Source of the DNA: Sedimentisphaerales bacterium
GTDB lineage: Bacteria; Planctomycetota; Phycisphaerae; Sedimentisphaerales; Anaerobacaceae
DNA length: 64,000 nucleotides
Direction of reading: 5' to 3'
Assembly: GCA_040772485.1 (NCBI GenBank)
Contig: JAXGYC010000007.1
Span: forward strand, 896,001 to 960,000
Below the pieces are notes generated by a model. It ran no database searches. It saw nothing but the letters and a program-made list of their open reading frames with translations, and was not told the origin of the DNA. The translations under genes and the position numbers were made by a program. Below are positions 49,348-60,411 of this stretch, in pieces (within the stretch, counting starts at the first letter, position 1; each line of letters begins with the position of its first letter).

Positions 49348-51150
49348 ATGGAAACCGTGCTGAAGCACCGAACCCTGATCGACCTCTTCGAAGGATCCAT
49401 GGCGAGAGTCGTCCGCCCCGAGAAGGTCTGTGCGGAGATCATCAACGGCGACCGCCGCGGTACGCTGACGTTTGAACAACTCCGACGCCGATCTGAAGCC
49501 TTTGCCCACAGACTGGCCGGCTGCGAACACATCGGTCCGCAGGACCGAGTGGCCCTGGTCGCGAAGAATCGAACGGACTGGGATGTCGCCCTGTGGGGCA
49601 TTCTGCGGGCCGGCGCGGTTCCCGTACTGATCGACCCGGATCGGGGACTCCAAGGCGTGATCGCGCACCTCGAAGCCACCGACGCACGCGCTCTGATTGT
49701 GGCCGACGATTATGCGGACGCCGCTGACCGGGAGGAACTGACGGCCCAGGCCAGAGCCAGAGGACTGGGCGTGATTCCGATGACCGACCAGCCTCTTGGA
49801 GAAGGCGATCTCATCGGGCCGCGAGACCTTGGCGCGATTCACAGAACGATCCGCCCCGACGACACAGCCGTGGTGCTGTGCACCTCGGGAACCACGGGCG
49901 ATCCGCGCGAGGTGGAGCTGACCCACACCAACCTCATCGCCAACCTCGAAGGCTCGATCCGCCGAGTGGACCTCGGTCCGCAGGATATCCTGGGGCACAT
50001 CCTGCCGCCCCACCACTCTTTCGGCCTGACCGTAGGCAAGCTCCTGCCCCTGCTGGCGGCGGCCACCAGCATCTACACCAACCGCTATCGCGAAGTCGCC
50101 GATCTGATCCGCGACCGGAAGATCACGATTTTCATCGCCATTCCAGCGCTCTTCACGACGCTGGCCCGCAAACTCGAAGACGGCCTCGACCGGCAGAAAC
50201 ACAAGAGCCTGATTCTCCGACTCCTCGACCGGTACACGCCAAGGTATGTCGGCAGGCAGATTCGCAAGAGACAGGGCTGGACCGGCCTTCGGTTCTTCCT
50301 GTCGGGCGCTGCGCCGATGCCGCGCTGGGTCCTCGACACCCTGTGGAAGCGAGGCTTTCGGATGTACGAGGGCTACGGCACGACGGAGAACTCTCCCGTC
50401 TACGGCTTCAACGAGCGGCTCGACAAGCTCGGCTCGGTCGGAAAACCGATCGACACCCTGTCGGTCAAGATCGTGGACGAGGAGAACCGTACCCAGGAAC
50501 CCCGTCAGAAGGGAGAGATTTGCCTCGGCGGCCCCTGCATCATGAAAGGCTACTATCGGAACGCCCAGGCGACGCAGGCGGTGACCCATACCGACTCGCA
50601 GGGCGTCCGCTGGCTCCACACCGGCGATCTCGGCTACCTCGACGAGGACGGCTACCTGTACATCACCGGCCGCAAGAAGTACCTCATCATCCTGCCGGGC
50701 GGCAAGAACGTCAATCCGGAGCGCGTCGAGACGGCGCTGTCACAGGCCCGCTTCGTCAAGGAGGTCCTCGTCGTCCCGACCCGGCGGACCGACCCCAACG
50801 GCGTTATGGAGGAGACCATGCGCGCTCTCGTACAGCCGGCGTGGGAAACCCTTGAGGGCCATACCCACCGTCCCAGGCAGGAGCTTCTGTCCGAGCTTCA
50901 CACGGTCAAGAATCTCATCTGGGAAAGCATTCGAGACTGCCAGCAGAACAACAAACACCTGTCCGGATTCGAGAGGATCGCCGCGCACCAGCTTGAGATC
51001 TATACCAGCGAATTCGCCAAGACCTCAAGCGGAAAAATTCGACGCGAGCAGTACATCGATCTGGAACATCTCGCGGCCAAGCACACGCCCGTCGTGGGAT
51101 ATGTCCGCACGCCCGTTCGCTCGCGCGGGCAGGACACCGCGACCGTGTGA
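49348..51150 (+). CDS. AMP-binding enzyme (long-chain acyl-CoA synthetase-like)
   Basis: TSGTTG, EGYGTTE, HTGDLG, GKNVNPE and KTSSGKIRR. Confidence 0.9.
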   Translation: METVLKHRTLIDLFEGSMARVVRPEKVCAEIINGDRRGTLTFEQLRRRSEAFAHRLAGCEHIGPQDRVALVAKNRTDWDVALWGILRAGAVPVLIDPDRGLQGVIAHLEATDARALIVADDYADAADREELTAQARARGLGVIPMTDQPLGEGDLIGPRDLGAIHRTIRPDDTAVVLCTSGTTGDPREVELTHTNLIANLEGSIRRVDLGPQDILGHILPPHHSFGLTVGKLLPLLAAATSIYTNRYREVADLIRDRKITIFIAIPALFTTLARKLEDGLDRQKHKSLILRLLDRYTPRYVGRQIRKRQGWTGLRFFLSGAAPMPRWVLDTLWKRGFRMYEGYGTTENSPVYGFNERLDKLGSVGKPIDTLSVKIVDEENRTQEPRQKGEICLGGPCIMKGYYRNAQATQAVTHTDSQGVRWLHTGDLGYLDEDGYLYITGRKKYLIILPGGKNVNPERVETALSQARFVKEVLVVPTRRTDPNGVMEETMRALVQPAWETLEGHTHRPRQELLSELHTVKNLIWESIRDCQQNNKHLSGFERIAAHQLEIYTSEFAKTSSGKIRREQYIDLEHLAAKHTPVVGYVRTPVRSRGQDTATV

Positions 51151-51294
51151 CAGGCGGGAAACACATTGCACCACACACGTCGGACGGTATAATCACGTCC
51201 ATAGAGTCCGGCGATGGGTCCTCCACCAAGACGTGGGTCCAGGCCCATCCAATAGCGTGGTGTCGTCCAAGTGAATTGAAAGGAGGACCGCACA

Positions 51295-52545
51295 ATGCCA
51301 CAGACGCAGAATCCCACCCCACTGGAGCCCGTTTCCGAGAAGATCAGTCGGCGCCGATTCATGACCGGCGCGGCCGCGGCGTCCCTGGCCGTGGTGGCCC
51401 CGGGCGCCGTCCGCACCTTTGCGGCCAACTCCAAGATCAATCTGGGCGTTATCGGCTGCGGCGGACGCGGCACCTGGATCGCCAAGCTCTTCAAGGCCCA
51501 TGGCGGATACAACGTCGTCGCGGCAGCGGACTACTTCCAGGATCGCACGGATCGTCTTGGCAACGAAGTCGGTGTGCCCGCGGCCGATCGCTACACCGGG
51601 CTCAAAGGCTATCTGAAGCTTCTGGACAAGGTGGATGCCGTGGCGATCATTACCCCGCCCTACTTCCACCCCGAGCAGGCGGCCGCCGGCGTCGACGCCG
51701 GCAAGCACGTCTATCTCGCCAAGCCTATCGCGGTCGACGTCCCGGGGTGTCTGAGCATCGAGAACAGCGGCAAGACCGCCCGGCAGAGGAAACGCTGCTT
51801 CCTCGTCGATTTCCAGACGCGGGTGGACCCGTTCTACATGGAGGCGCTGCGGCGCGTGCATGAGGAGAAAGCCCTTGGCAACTTTGCCTTCGGTGAGTGC
51901 ACCTATCACGCGGGCGACCCGTTCACAGGCTACTATGAAACCTGGAAATCGGACCCGGACAACCCTGAGAATCGCCTGCGGGCCTGGGGCCTGGACAAAG
52001 TCCTGTCCGGCGACATCATCACCGAGCAGAACATCCACACGCTCGACGTGATGAACTGGATCATGCAGGAGCCACCGCTATGGGCGGTCGGCAGCGGCGG
52101 GCGCAAGTTCCGTCCGGTCGGCACCTGCTATGACACCTTCAGCGCCCTGTTCCAGTATCCCAACGACGTCGCGATCACATTCAGTTCGCGCCAATCCAAC
52201 GGATACGGCACACAGCCGGAAGGTATCCGCAACCGCATGTTCGGCACGGAGGGCATCCTCGAGACCGAGTACGGCGGACAGGTCCTCATCCGAGGCGACC
52301 ACTTCTATCGCGGCGGCAGTTCGCCGGGGATCTACCAGGACGGCGCCATCGCCAATATCAAGACCTTCTACGACAGCGTCACCGGCGGCCACTTTGAGAA
52401 CCCGACCGTCGAGTGCAGCGTGCGCAGCAACCTGATTACCATACTCGGCCGCATCGCCGCCTACGAGAAACGCATGGTCACCTGGAACGAGCTGATGAGC
52501 AGCAAGGAGAAGCTCGACGCCAACCTCAAGGGCGTGAAGGCATAA
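51295..52545 (+). CDS. Tat-exported Gfo/Idh/MocA oxidoreductase
   Basis: SRRRFM, IGCGGRG, HVYLAKP and EQNIH. Confidence 0.9.
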   Translation: MPQTQNPTPLEPVSEKISRRRFMTGAAAASLAVVAPGAVRTFAANSKINLGVIGCGGRGTWIAKLFKAHGGYNVVAAADYFQDRTDRLGNEVGVPAADRYTGLKGYLKLLDKVDAVAIITPPYFHPEQAAAGVDAGKHVYLAKPIAVDVPGCLSIENSGKTARQRKRCFLVDFQTRVDPFYMEALRRVHEEKALGNFAFGECTYHAGDPFTGYYETWKSDPDNPENRLRAWGLDKVLSGDIITEQNIHTLDVMNWIMQEPPLWAVGSGGRKFRPVGTCYDTFSALFQYPNDVAITFSSRQSNGYGTQPEGIRNRMFGTEGILETEYGGQVLIRGDHFYRGGSSPGIYQDGAIANIKTFYDSVTGGHFENPTVECSVRSNLITILGRIAAYEKRMVTWNELMSSKEKLDANLKGVKA

Positions 52546-52621
52546 GAATCGCGAACACCTCGTGCGTGCGATCTCGCGGAATCGCCAGGTCGCACGCACG
52601 GCCATTCATGGAGGTCTACGC

Positions 52622-53515
52622 GTGAACGGACGAACGCTGAACCGCCGCGACATGCTGGCCGGGGCCGCCCTGACCCTGGCGGGATTGTCACTGACAACCT
52701 CGTGCGCCTCGTCGGGTGCGAAGGGAACGGCCCGCAAGAAACCCGCCGGCTTCAAACTGGGGGTCTGCGACTGGACGATCGGCCGGACCACTCAGCCGGA
52801 GGCGTTCGACGTCGCCAGGCGAATCGGCCTGGACGGAGTGCAGGTTGATTTCGGCCGGGCCGCCGAGGAGTTGCCCCTGTTCAACCCCGCCCTGCAACAG
52901 AGTATTCTCGACCGCGCGGCGCAGAACCAGCTCGAAGTGGCCTCGCTGGCCATGGGCACGCTCAACGACATCCCGTACAAGAGCGACCTGCGCACCGAGC
53001 GATGGGTCGAGCGGGCTATCGACGTCTGCCAGGCGATGAAGACGGACATCGTGCTGCTGGCCTTCTTCGGCAACGGAGACCTCCTCGACGACCCGATCGG
53101 AGTCGATGCCACCGTCGAACGTCTCAAGAAGGTCGCGCCCAAGGCGGAGAAGGCGGGCGTGGCTCTTGCCATCGAGTCGTGGCTCAGCGCCCCGCGTCAT
53201 CTGGAGATCATCGAGCGCGTCGGCTCGCCGGCGATCAAGGTCTACTATGACGTCGGCAATTCCCACCTGAAGGGCTATGACATCTACCAGGAGATCCGTG
53301 CGCTGGGCAAGCACATCGTCCAGTTCCACGCGAAGGACTACGACAACCTCTACGGCCGGGGCTCGATCGACTTCGTCCGCGTCCGGGAAGCGATGGACGA
53401 CATCGGCTACCGTGGCTGGCTCGTCATGGAAGGCACCAAGATGCCGCTCGGCGTCGAAGAGAGCTGCCGGTACGATGCGGAATACCTCAGAACGATCTTT
53501 CCGCCCAAGGTCTGA
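52622..53515 (+). CDS. Sugar phosphate isomerase/epimerase (TIM barrel) with Tat-like signal
   Basis: NRRDML, LAIES, YYDVGN, FHAKD and LVME. Confidence 0.88.
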   Translation: MNGRTLNRRDMLAGAALTLAGLSLTTSCASSGAKGTARKKPAGFKLGVCDWTIGRTTQPEAFDVARRIGLDGVQVDFGRAAEELPLFNPALQQSILDRAAQNQLEVASLAMGTLNDIPYKSDLRTERWVERAIDVCQAMKTDIVLLAFFGNGDLLDDPIGVDATVERLKKVAPKAEKAGVALAIESWLSAPRHLEIIERVGSPAIKVYYDVGNSHLKGYDIYQEIRALGKHIVQFHAKDYDNLYGRGSIDFVRVREAMDDIGYRGWLVMEGTKMPLGVEESCRYDAEYLRTIFPPKV

Positions 53516-53559
53516 GAAGACCGCAGCGAACCCCCAAGGGGAGAAAGGCAAGTGGGACC

Positions 53560-54930
53560 ATGAAAGCACGCAAAGCCGCCACGATTCTGCTGACTCCGTT
53601 CGTCGTCTCTCTGGCCGCCGCCACTCCGCTGGACGATTATGTCGCCAAGCCGGATCCCAGCTACACGTACAGCCTCGTGCGCACGATCGATCACCCCCAG
53701 GGCAAGATCCATATCATCGATCTGAAGTCACAGACCTGGCGCAGCGAGAACGAGGTCAACCGGACCCTCTGGCAGCACTGGCTGACGATCGTCGTACCCA
53801 ACGACGTCGCGTTCGACACTGCCCTGCTGTGGATCACCGGGGGCAGCAATGACCGCCCCGCGCCGACCATGCCCGACGATATGCTCGCCAACATCGCGCT
53901 GCGCAGCAAATCGGTCGTCGCGGAACTGCGCATGGTGCCCAATCAGCCGCTGGTGTTCCCGGACGACCCGGACAACCAGCGCTATGAGGACGAGATCATC
54001 GCGTACACGTTCGACAGGTTCTTGCGGACCGAGGACCCGACCTGGCCGCTGCTGCTGCCGATGGTCAAGAGCGCCGTCCGGGCGATGGACACGATTCAGG
54101 ATCATCTGACGAAAGCCACCGGCGGCAAGCTGGCGATCAAGAGCTTCGTCGTCTCCGGCGGATCGAAGCGAGGCTGGACCACGTGGCTGACGGCGGCCGT
54201 CGACAAACGCGTGCGCGCCATCGCTCCGGTGGTGATCGACGTGCTCAACATGAACGAGCAGATGCGACACCACTTCGCGGCTTATGGCTTCTACTCCCCT
54301 GCCATCGGCGACTACGAGCAGATGAAGATCTTCGATCGGCTCGACTCGCAGGGCGGCACGGAAATCCGCAACTTCGTCGATCCTTTCGAATACTGCGACC
54401 GTTACACGATGCCCAAGTTTCTCATCAACTCGGCGGGCGACCAGTTCTTCCTGCCCGATTCGGCCCAGTTCTATTTCGGCGATCTGCCGGCGGACAAGTA
54501 CCTTCTCTACTGCGCCAACACCGACCACGGCCTGGACGGCTCGGAGGCCGACAAGGCCCTGCTGGTGTGGTATCAGTCGATTCTCACGGGGCGCGAGCGG
54601 CCGCAGTTCTCGTGGGAAAAGCCAGCGGATGGCCGCCTCCTCGTCACTACCCGGACGCGGCCACAGCAGGTCAGTCTCTGGACGGCTACCAACGCGGAGG
54701 CTCGTGATTTCCGTCTGGAGAAGATCGGCAAGGCGTGGAAGAGCAGTCCGCTGACCGCTACCGGCTCCGGCACGTACGACGTTCGCGTCCCGACGCCGGA
54801 CAAAGGCTGGACCGCCTACTTCGTCGAGCTGCTGTTCGATTCCGGAACGCCCATTCCCTACCGCTTCTCGACCGAGGTTCGCGTCGTGCCCAACACGCTG
54901 CCCTACGCGGACAAGCTCCAGGGCAACTGA
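53560..54930 (+). CDS. PqaA-type (PhoPQ-activated pathogenicity-related) alpha/beta hydrolase
   Basis: LDDYV, VPNQPL, PMVKSAVRAMD, SGGSKRGWTTW and GDQFFLPD. Confidence 0.9.
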   Translation: MKARKAATILLTPFVVSLAAATPLDDYVAKPDPSYTYSLVRTIDHPQGKIHIIDLKSQTWRSENEVNRTLWQHWLTIVVPNDVAFDTALLWITGGSNDRPAPTMPDDMLANIALRSKSVVAELRMVPNQPLVFPDDPDNQRYEDEIIAYTFDRFLRTEDPTWPLLLPMVKSAVRAMDTIQDHLTKATGGKLAIKSFVVSGGSKRGWTTWLTAAVDKRVRAIAPVVIDVLNMNEQMRHHFAAYGFYSPAIGDYEQMKIFDRLDSQGGTEIRNFVDPFEYCDRYTMPKFLINSAGDQFFLPDSAQFYFGDLPADKYLLYCANTDHGLDGSEADKALLVWYQSILTGRERPQFSWEKPADGRLLVTTRTRPQQVSLWTATNAEARDFRLEKIGKAWKSSPLTATGSGTYDVRVPTPDKGWTAYFVELLFDSGTPIPYRFSTEVRVVPNTLPYADKLQGN

Positions 54931-54992
54931 CAGCTTCGAGCGGAAGAGAAAGCACGGTCGGCCGGCCATCGACCGACCGTGCCTGTTGCTGT

Positions 54993-56186
54993 CTACTTCT
55001 CGTTGCCCCACAACTGGGCGCCGCTGCCGTGGTTCTTGCGCCACTCGTCGCGCCAGCGATGGATGTCACTGACGCCGATGTACGACTTGGGCTGACGCGC
55101 TTCCTTGCCGGGCATGGGCGCGAGCTTGTGTAGAGGCGGCGCCTGGTACCAGTACGCCACGCTGGCCATGTCGAGCGTCAGGTTGTTGTCGTGCCCGTGC
55201 TCGATCGTGAACCTCAGTGACGTGTTGAAGTAGATCGGATCGCTGATATGGAAGCGGTACGCGTGGGTCCGGCCCAGCCAGCCGATGTCATCGTTGACGC
55301 GGGCGTACCCGAAATACGGATGCGTGTAGATCGTCTTGGGACACCAGGAGCCATTGAAGTAGTCTTCCGTCCCGGTCCCGTGGAGCGTGGGCCGGGTGTC
55401 CCCGTCGATGAAGACCATGTCGTCGCCTTCGCCGTACCACATCGGGGTCGGACAGTGCACGTAGTAGTTGACGCCGACGAAGTGTCCCTTGCCCTTGACG
55501 TCGACGATCAGATAGTTGTCCTTGCCGTCGGGGTTGTTCCCTTGCGGCCCCGTCACGCCCCACTCGGTCTCCCCTTCGGGCGGGGCCTCGGTCAACTCGT
55601 GATTGTACCAGGCGCAGAACCGGCCCATGTCATCGGCCAGCGCATCGACCTCGACGTAGTCTACGAAGTAGTAAAACGCATCGATCTCGCGTCCCGTCTG
55701 GTTTTCGATCTCGATCCGGGCGCCTTTGGCGAACGGCATGGCGAAGTACGACACCATCGCCCGGCCTTCCACCGGGCCGACCGCCAGCGGCAGGCTCACG
55801 AAGGGGTAGCTCTCATTCCACCCCTGCCCGAAGAACGGCCCGATGGGGGACTCCACCGACGGGAATTCGTTTCCGTCCCAGTACATGCGAAGGATGATGT
55901 CGTTTCGGTTCAGTTGCTCCGGCGGCGGCGCAATCGTGATCCAGATGTGATTGATGATCCCGGCCCCCTGAACGTTGAACAGCTCGCGTTTCTGCCCGTC
56001 CGCGATGTGCTCGAAGCGGTCGTTGTTGCCTCCCGAGCGGTCGTAGCTGCTGACCCGCCGGGTGCGCATGTCGCTCTGCACGCGGGCCAGTCCAAGCAGA
56101 TCGCTGCCATGCCCCACCGCAGCCGGCGAAGGCGTCTGCAAAGCCAACAGGACCAAAACGAGTGCGACAGAAAGGTGCTTGCTCAT
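54993..56186 (-). CDS. DUF2961 / GH172 family protein
   Basis: SSYDRSGGNND, WYGEGDD, HGTGTEDYF and IEHG. Confidence 0.9.
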   Translation of the reverse strand: MSKHLSVALVLVLLALQTPSPAAVGHGSDLLGLARVQSDMRTRRVSSYDRSGGNNDRFEHIADGQKRELFNVQGAGIINHIWITIAPPPEQLNRNDIILRMYWDGNEFPSVESPIGPFFGQGWNESYPFVSLPLAVGPVEGRAMVSYFAMPFAKGARIEIENQTGREIDAFYYFVDYVEVDALADDMGRFCAWYNHELTEAPPEGETEWGVTGPQGNNPDGKDNYLIVDVKGKGHFVGVNYYVHCPTPMWYGEGDDMVFIDGDTRPTLHGTGTEDYFNGSWCPKTIYTHPYFGYARVNDDIGWLGRTHAYRFHISDPIYFNTSLRFTIEHGHDNNLTLDMASVAYWYQAPPLHKLAPMPGKEARQPKSYIGVSDIHRWRDEWRKNHGSGAQLWGNEK

Positions 56187-56414
56187 CTCTGTGACCTCCT
56201 TCTCAATTGAGATTCCCTGTGCCGGACTGACACGCGTCCCATACTCGCGCCAGTACGCCGCAACGCGTGGAACAGGCTCTCGGCAGTATAATGCCCGTGT
56301 CGTTCGTCCGCCAAATACCGTTCCGGAAATCTATGGACAGTCCGGCCGCAGTTCACTACGCTGTCGTCCACGATCAGAGGCCCGGACAGACCGCAACAGA
56401 ACCGGACGCTGCCT

Positions 56415-57860
56415 ATGGCGCAGGACCACAAGCAGGCGAGTGACTTGAACGTTCCGACCGCTCCGAAGGGGCTGGGCATCCTGCTCGTGGTAGGCCCGAG
56501 CATGGTCTGGGCGGCCGAATACATCGGCTCGGGCGAGGTCATCATCGCCACCCGCACCGGCGCGATCCTCGGCACAGCGGTCCTTTGGGCGGTAGTCCTC
56601 GGCGTGTTCCTGAAGTTCTGGATCGGCGTGGCCGGCGCACGCTATACCGTTTGCACGGGCGAAGGAATGGTCGATATGTTCGACCGCATGCCGGGCCCGC
56701 GTCACTGGGGCGTCTGGATCGTCCTGGTGGTCCAGTTCTTTTGCGCGGTCATGTCAACAGGGGCCTTGGCGACATCGGCCGGCACATTCATCCAGAGCCT
56801 CCTACCGTGGGCCAAACTCTGGCACTGTGGCCTGTTCGCGATCGTATTCGCTGTGGCGGTGGCGTGGTCGGGAGTCTTCGGCGTCTTGAAGGTCTTCATG
56901 AGCCTGTTCGTGCTCATCATCGTCGTCGGCGCCATGTACATCGCCTGCCGTGTGTTCCCCAGTTTCGCCGAACTGGCAGCCGGACTGACCGGCCGGCTTC
57001 CCGCCGTACCCGAATGGGCCTCCGCCATGGAGAGCGTCGAAGACAGCGCCTGGCAGGAGATCCTGCCCGTCCTGGGCTGGGGCGCCGGCGGCTTCGCCTC
57101 CCAGGTCTGGTATACCTACTGGGTGATCGGGGCCGGCTACGGCGCCACCGCCGGACGGGGCTATGGCAGACCCGCCGACCTCGCCGCTCTGCGCGCAATG
57201 CCTATCGAGACGGCGCAACGCATCAAGGGCTGGTGCTATACGCTCTACGCAGATTCGAGTCTTGCCATGGTGCTGGGCATCCTGGTTACCGGCGCATTCC
57301 TCGTCGCCGGGGCGGGCATCCTGGGCGCCGAGCACATGGTCCCGGAAAACCGCAACATGGCGGAGGTGCTGTCGGAGGTCTTCGCTCGCCGCTGGGACCG
57401 GCTGGGCGGTTTCGTGTTCAAACTGTGCGGCGCGGTCGCGATGGTCTCGACGCTGATGGGCCAGCTTGCCGGCTGGCCTCGCCTGCTGGCCGACTCGTGT
57501 CGAATCTGCATCCCCGGCTTCAACGCAAGACTTGCCTGGAAACAGCAGTTTCACCTGTTCCTGATCCTGTTCTTCTGCACGAGCGTGCTGATCGTCTGCC
57601 TGCTCGGCAAGGAACCGATCTCCCTGCTGAAGATCTCGTCGATCCTGGAGGGGATTCTGCTGATCGCGCTGCAAGCGGCGGCGGTTGCGTTCGGGCTTTT
57701 CGTCGTCATGCCCCGGATGCTCTCGAAAGAGGCGGGCCGCGTGCTCAGGCCCGGCTGGGTCTTCGCAGTCGGACTGCTCGGCACGCTCGTGTTCTACGGC
57801 TACCTCTGCGTGACGCAGGTCCCCCAAGTCCTGCTGGAAATCCTCGGCCTGGCCGGCTAA
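56415..57860 (+). CDS. Nramp-like (YcsG-type) transporter
   Basis: GPSMVWAAEYIGSGE, RYTVCTGE and many TM helices. Confidence 0.8.
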   Translation: MAQDHKQASDLNVPTAPKGLGILLVVGPSMVWAAEYIGSGEVIIATRTGAILGTAVLWAVVLGVFLKFWIGVAGARYTVCTGEGMVDMFDRMPGPRHWGVWIVLVVQFFCAVMSTGALATSAGTFIQSLLPWAKLWHCGLFAIVFAVAVAWSGVFGVLKVFMSLFVLIIVVGAMYIACRVFPSFAELAAGLTGRLPAVPEWASAMESVEDSAWQEILPVLGWGAGGFASQVWYTYWVIGAGYGATAGRGYGRPADLAALRAMPIETAQRIKGWCYTLYADSSLAMVLGILVTGAFLVAGAGILGAEHMVPENRNMAEVLSEVFARRWDRLGGFVFKLCGAVAMVSTLMGQLAGWPRLLADSCRICIPGFNARLAWKQQFHLFLILFFCTSVLIVCLLGKEPISLLKISSILEGILLIALQAAAVAFGLFVVMPRMLSKEAGRVLRPGWVFAVGLLGTLVFYGYLCVTQVPQVLLEILGLAG

Positions 57861-57911
57861 GCTATGGGTTTGGCGACGGGCACCGGCCCGGTCGCAGCTA
57901 CCCCTTGACTC

Positions 57912-59366
57912 ATGGAGGGCAGAACTTTGAACGGACTGGATCTCTCGACCGTCCTGGCGGCGCAGGCCTCCGGCGGGACCAGCATAGTCGGCCCCCTGCT
58001 CATTCTGATCGTCGGCATCGCCATCGTCATCGGCATGATCGTGGTGCTTCGCGTCAACGCCTTCCTGGCGTTGATTGCGGCGGCTGTGGTCGTAAGTCTC
58101 TTGGCGCCGGGCGAGTTCAGCACCAAGATCAGCCGGGTCGCTGGCGAGTTCGGCGCCATGGCAGGAAAGGTCGGCGTGGTCATCGCCCTGGCGGCGATCA
58201 TCGGGGACTGCCTGATCGCCTCCGGCGCCGCCGACCGCGTCGTGCGCGTGTTCGTCCGCCTGTTCGGCCAGAAGCGATGCGAAGTGTCGCTCATGGCCAG
58301 CGGTTTCGTCCTGTCGGTCCCGGTCTTCTTCGACACCGTGTTCTACCTGCTGCTGCCGCTGGCTCGCTCGATGCATCGGCAGACTCGAAAGAGCTACCTG
58401 CTCCTGATCCTGGCGATGGGCGCCGGCGCCTCGATCACGCACTCCATGGTCCCTCCGACGCCCGGCCCGCTGATCATCGCCGAGACGCTGCACGTCGATC
58501 TGGGCACGATGATCGGCATAGGACTGCTCTGCTCGATTCCGACCGCAGTCGTGGTCCTGCTGCTCGTCCGCTTCCTGGCGAAACGGATCGAGATTCCCAT
58601 GCGTGCCCTCGACGGCTCGCGGACCGAGCCTGATCCATTGCCGGACGACAAGCTGCCCGGCCTACTCCTGTCCGTGTTGCCCATCATTCTGCCGGTCCTG
58701 CTGATCACCATGCACACAGTCGTTTCCTCGCTGGCCAAGAAGGCTACCCCGGACTCGGTCCTCGTTCGGACCGAGACACACACCGCCGTGCTCGGCAACC
58801 CCAATCTGGCGATGATGCTCTCGGCGGCGGTCGCCCTGTACGTTCTCTGGCGTCAGCGCAAACCCGGCCGCGAAGGGCTCGCCCGGATGATCGAGACGTC
58901 GCTGATGAGCGCCGGCGTCATCATCCTGATCACCTCCGCCGGCGGCGCTTTCGGCGCCATGCTCAAGGAGGCCCAGATCGGTCCGGCCATCCAGAACCTG
59001 TCCATCGGCGGCGACACGCAACTGGGCGGCCTGAAGCTGCTCTTCATGGGCTTCTTTGTCGCCTTCCTCATCAAATTCGCCCAGGGAAGCAGCACCGTCT
59101 CGATGATGACAACCTCGGCCATGATGGCGGCGCTGATTCCATCGACCGACGTGTTGGGTTACCATCCGGTCTATCTGGCCGCCGCCATCGGGTTCGGCGC
59201 CCAGTGCGGCAACTGGATGAATGACTCGGGCTTCTGGGTCTTCGCCAAGATGGGCGGCCTGACCGAGGTCGAGACACTCAAGACCTGGACGGTCACGGTC
59301 AGCAGCACCGCGGTGATCGGCCTGTTCTTCGTGACCTTGTTCGCTATGTTCCTGCCGTTGACGTGA
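57912..59366 (+). CDS. GntP family permease
   Basis: PVFFD, VPPTPGP, QGSSTV and NDSGFW. Confidence 0.93.
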   Translation: MEGRTLNGLDLSTVLAAQASGGTSIVGPLLILIVGIAIVIGMIVVLRVNAFLALIAAAVVVSLLAPGEFSTKISRVAGEFGAMAGKVGVVIALAAIIGDCLIASGAADRVVRVFVRLFGQKRCEVSLMASGFVLSVPVFFDTVFYLLLPLARSMHRQTRKSYLLLILAMGAGASITHSMVPPTPGPLIIAETLHVDLGTMIGIGLLCSIPTAVVVLLLVRFLAKRIEIPMRALDGSRTEPDPLPDDKLPGLLLSVLPIILPVLLITMHTVVSSLAKKATPDSVLVRTETHTAVLGNPNLAMMLSAAVALYVLWRQRKPGREGLARMIETSLMSAGVIILITSAGGAFGAMLKEAQIGPAIQNLSIGGDTQLGGLKLLFMGFFVAFLIKFAQGSSTVSMMTTSAMMAALIPSTDVLGYHPVYLAAAIGFGAQCGNWMNDSGFWVFAKMGGLTEVETLKTWTVTVSSTAVIGLFFVTLFAMFLPLT

Positions 59367-59375
59367 GGTGACAGA

Positions 59376-60407
59376 TTGAAGGCATTGCTCTATACCGAAC
59401 CGTATACGTTTTCCTACACCGATGTCCCGGATCCCGCAGTGGGTGACGACGACGTCCTGGTCCGGGTCAAGGCGTGCGGCATCTGCGGGTCCGACGTGGC
59501 CGGCCACACCGGCAAGACCGGCCGGCGACTGCCCCCGCTGATCATGGGCCATGAAGCGGCCGGCGTCGTGGAGCGGACCGGCAGGAACGTCACGGACTTT
59601 GCGCCCGGCGACCGGGTCTGCTTCGATTCCACGGTCTACTGCAACAAGTGTCCCGCCTGCCGGCAAGGTCTGTTCAATCGTTGCACCCATCGGCAGGTGC
59701 TGGGCGTCTCGGTCCCCGAGTTCAAGCGAGACGGGGCTTTCGCTGAGTTCGTAGCCGTGCCGCACTGGATCGTCGCGAAGCTGCCGGACGACATGTCGTT
59801 CGTTCAGGCGGCCCTGTTGGAGCCAGCGTCGATCGGCGTACACGCCGCGAGCCGAAGGCCGATCAGCGACAGCGACACTGCCGTGGTCGTCGGCGCCGGC
59901 ACTATCGGCCTGTTCATCCTCCAGGCAGCCAAGCTGCGCGGCGCCAGGCGGGTCGTCGCTTGTGACATCAGCGAGTTCCGGCTGGACCTGGCCCGTCAGG
60001 TTGGCGCCGATGAGTGTGTCAACTCCCAAAACAGGCCCCTGAGGCAAACCGTCGATGGACTAACTGACGGCCGCGGCGCCGACATCGTATTTGAAGCCGT
60101 CGGGTACGCCGAGACGTTCCGCGAAGCTGTCGCGATCACCAAAACCGGAGGCAGCGTCGTGGCTGTCGGCAATCTGGCCAAAGAGACGCAGTTCAACCTC
60201 CAGGAGCTTGTCAGCCGGGAGCTGACCTTCACCGGGTCGTACGCCAGTTCGGGCGAGTTCCGCACGTGCATCGACCTGATCGCTTCAGGCCGGATCAGCG
60301 TCGGCCCCCTCGTCAGCGAGGTCCTGCCGCTGAAGGATGGGCCATCGGCCTTCAAACGCCTGCTCGAAGCCAAAGAGAATTTGCTCAAGATCGTCGTTGA
60401 ACCGTGA
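59376..60407 (+). CDS. Zinc-binding sugar-alcohol/sugar-acid dehydrogenase
   Basis: CGICGSD, GHE, CxxCxxC and GAGTIG. Confidence 0.92.
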   Translation: MKALLYTEPYTFSYTDVPDPAVGDDDVLVRVKACGICGSDVAGHTGKTGRRLPPLIMGHEAAGVVERTGRNVTDFAPGDRVCFDSTVYCNKCPACRQGLFNRCTHRQVLGVSVPEFKRDGAFAEFVAVPHWIVAKLPDDMSFVQAALLEPASIGVHAASRRPISDSDTAVVVGAGTIGLFILQAAKLRGARRVVACDISEFRLDLARQVGADECVNSQNRPLRQTVDGLTDGRGADIVFEAVGYAETFREAVAITKTGGSVVAVGNLAKETQFNLQELVSRELTFTGSYASSGEFRTCIDLIASGRISVGPLVSEVLPLKDGPSAFKRLLEAKENLLKIVVEP

Positions 60408-60411
60408 GAAC

